21,373 nucleotides of DNA from Octopus sinensis (taxonomy: Eukaryota): assembly GCF_006345805.1 (NCBI RefSeq), contig NW_021823794.1, positions 1 to 21,373 of the forward strand, in the 5' to 3' direction. The position numbers were made by a program, and so were the translations under genes. This document shows positions 19,662-21,373 of this stretch, one piece after another. The notes under the pieces were generated by a model. The model saw nothing but the letters and a program-made list of their open reading frames with translations. It was not told the DNA's origin and made no database searches. Numbering within the stretch: position 1 is the first letter of the stretch; each line of letters opens with the position of its first letter.

Positions 19662-20319
19662 TCAGCTCAACGATGCCGCGCTGCGTATTGAGTGGCAGTT
19701 TCCGCGGAGCACAGCGACCGAGATTCGCTGGAACAGCCAGCTCGTCTCCCTCCGGTCGTTTTGTTTTTGTGGAGATTTTTCTACCAATGGCGGTGAGGAG
19801 TTGAGTCGCAGCCTTTCCGACGATTCCAGAGGTTTCGAAGGCGAGGGGGGCAAACTCAAAAGCGTCCGAAATACACCGGTATTTCGTCATCTTGTCTCTT
19901 CAGCCAGCGCACTGGCGGAACCCGGGTTTGCGACAGTCCTGGGAGCATTGTCATCGAAAAAGAGTCGACACACGTGGCATCCCAAACCAGGGACTTGCCT
20001 TCCTAAAAGGAAAGGTCGTCATCCCGTCGGCGGCTTGCCGTCGCTCCGGGAAAGGCCGACTGGCTCTAGGGTGGAAGGGAAACCAGCCGACTCTAGAGCC
20101 CTCCTCACAACGTCATTCAGATGAGTGTGACGGGGAATTCTCCCGGCACTCTTCTTACACGACAAGGCGTGCAAGCCGTTTTGACGAAATTGAGGACCCG
20201 CACCGGCAAGGGTGGGGCTGGCAGATGTCCAAACCCAATCGTAAGCGATCCCAATCCGCAAGGATTCGTCGTCCAGTAGTAACCCCGTACTAGGAGTGGG
20301 GAGAGCTTTGAGCCAGTCT
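19662..20319 (-). mobile_element. Fourth CRE-clade fragment, 5'-truncated, same subfamily as 10861-11570, frameshifted
   Basis: Directly alignable at DNA level with 10861-11520 (both start TCAGCTCAACGA.GCCGCGCTGCGTAT.GAGTGGCAGTTTCCGCGGAGCAC). Homology ends at ...GAGCCAGTCT (20319). Confidence 0.93.
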
Positions 20320-20487
20320 GAATTATCTTTCTCTAAATTTTTTCTAAAAAAATAAATGTCCCTGGTTTTTGAACAGACTGGTTTCAATGGTAAAGCAGTC
20401 AACACCAGGTTCTTTTTGAATGAGTAGAATTGAGTTCAAATCTTAATATAAATAGTGAGAAAAATTTTTAAATCCAGTTACTCCAGG

Positions 20488-20512
20488 CAGGGGTGGCCAA
20501 CATTTTTCACCA
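20488..20512 (+). mobile_element. Isolated hAT-type terminal inverted repeat start
   Basis: CAGGGGTGGCCAACATTTTT matches the common hAT (Charlie/Buster) end pattern; no partner found. Confidence 0.45.
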
Positions 20513-20559
20513 GCGATATATTTAATAACAGAATTTTTTATTTATAATTAAAGTTAATG

Positions 20560-21373
20560 GGATTTTTGGCATTGTAATTCTCTGCGATTATTTGAATTCT
20601 AGTTCTGCGTTGTGACTATCTGTGTTTCCATGTTTCCCATAGCGACTTTGACACAGAAATATGATTTGTCTACTTTGAAAAAAATCTATCAGATCAATCA
20701 GGAACAGTAGTTTTGTGGAGTCGTCAGAAACATTATTGATCTGAGATTTTCATCCGGTCAAACCAGCTTTTCCAGTTTCTGTCTAGCGGTACAAGAATAT
20801 GTTTTCATAAATATATCAATTTGAGTCTTTTCCTAGTTAGTTGCTACTATATTGGCAAATTTTCAAAAGTTTCCTGTTGATATCATCAATTCCTGGCTTG
20901 TCTTTTTTCAGGCTTTATAGAGCTGCTTTTATCTTCGCCAGCGTTATGGGATATTCAAAAATTTAGGATCTCCGATGAATTGAGTTATGTATTTTCCGTC
21001 GTTTCCGAGAGAAATATTCAAAGTGAGTAACAATTGTCTCTGCTATTCTTTTTTTGTCAGTTATCTTGCATCCACAACCAATTTTTTAAACTGTTAGGTC
21101 TGTTTGGTAGCCGGATTGCTCTGAACGTTTTCAGCCCAAATTTGCCTTATCAACCTCCTGGGCGTACTGCTAAGTGTTCTTTAATAGAGTGGCCATACTC
21201 TTTTTTATGTTACGAAGAATAAAGTTCCTCTTTCCTTTTAATAGGGCTGTCTCAAAACTTTGTGTGTTCTTGATACTGAGTTTATTTGTTTATTGTATAG
21301 ATTATCGTATTCTTGAGACACCTTTAACAGAGACCTGATAATAGTCCTAACCCCAACATTTATTAGATAAACA
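20560..21373 (-). mobile_element. Highly degenerate LINE ORF2 (region just upstream of and entering RT), runs off the window
   Basis: KITDKKRIAETIVTHF, PITLAKIKAAL*SLKKDKPGIDDINRKLLK (cf. IT.EEI..AL..LK..KAPG.DGI..E.LK) and NLRSIMFL (cf. NYRPI.LL); many stops. Confidence 0.65.

Noticed and set aside
10383-20293. Many antisense or alternative-frame ORFs in the GC-rich stretches (for example 10850-11059, 11561-11971, 15384-15791, 16728-17027, 19892-20293)
   Set aside because: Shadow frames of the CRE elements encoded in another frame or strand.

Overview
AT-rich eukaryotic DNA, not prokaryotic, so no operons or CRISPR. The genome appears compact, with ultra-short GT-AG introns of about 23-32 nt. 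Most of the window is a nested pile of transposon remains: two pogo/Tigger, two Tc1/IS630-type, two hAT, four CRE-clade retrotransposon pieces, two small TSD-flanked LINE insertions, an R4/Dong-like fragment and a further LINE RT remnant. Two host genes that the ORF track breaks up are recognisable: syntaxin-18 (8569-9513, +) and a SIRT1-type sirtuin (about 13041-14110, -). The best observation is a Ginger/TDD-like (Gypsy-type integrase) transposase gene at 3980-5322 (-). It becomes a ~400-aa reading frame only after removing five 25-32-nt introns and repairing one single-base frameshift. Several TGT...ACA termini with tandem subterminal motifs elsewhere in the window may be ends of related elements. 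Many frameshifts, including those in host genes, are repaired by adding one base to a mononucleotide run, so some apparent pseudogenes may be long-read assembly errors. All protein assignments come from manual translation and recalled family motifs; no database search was run.
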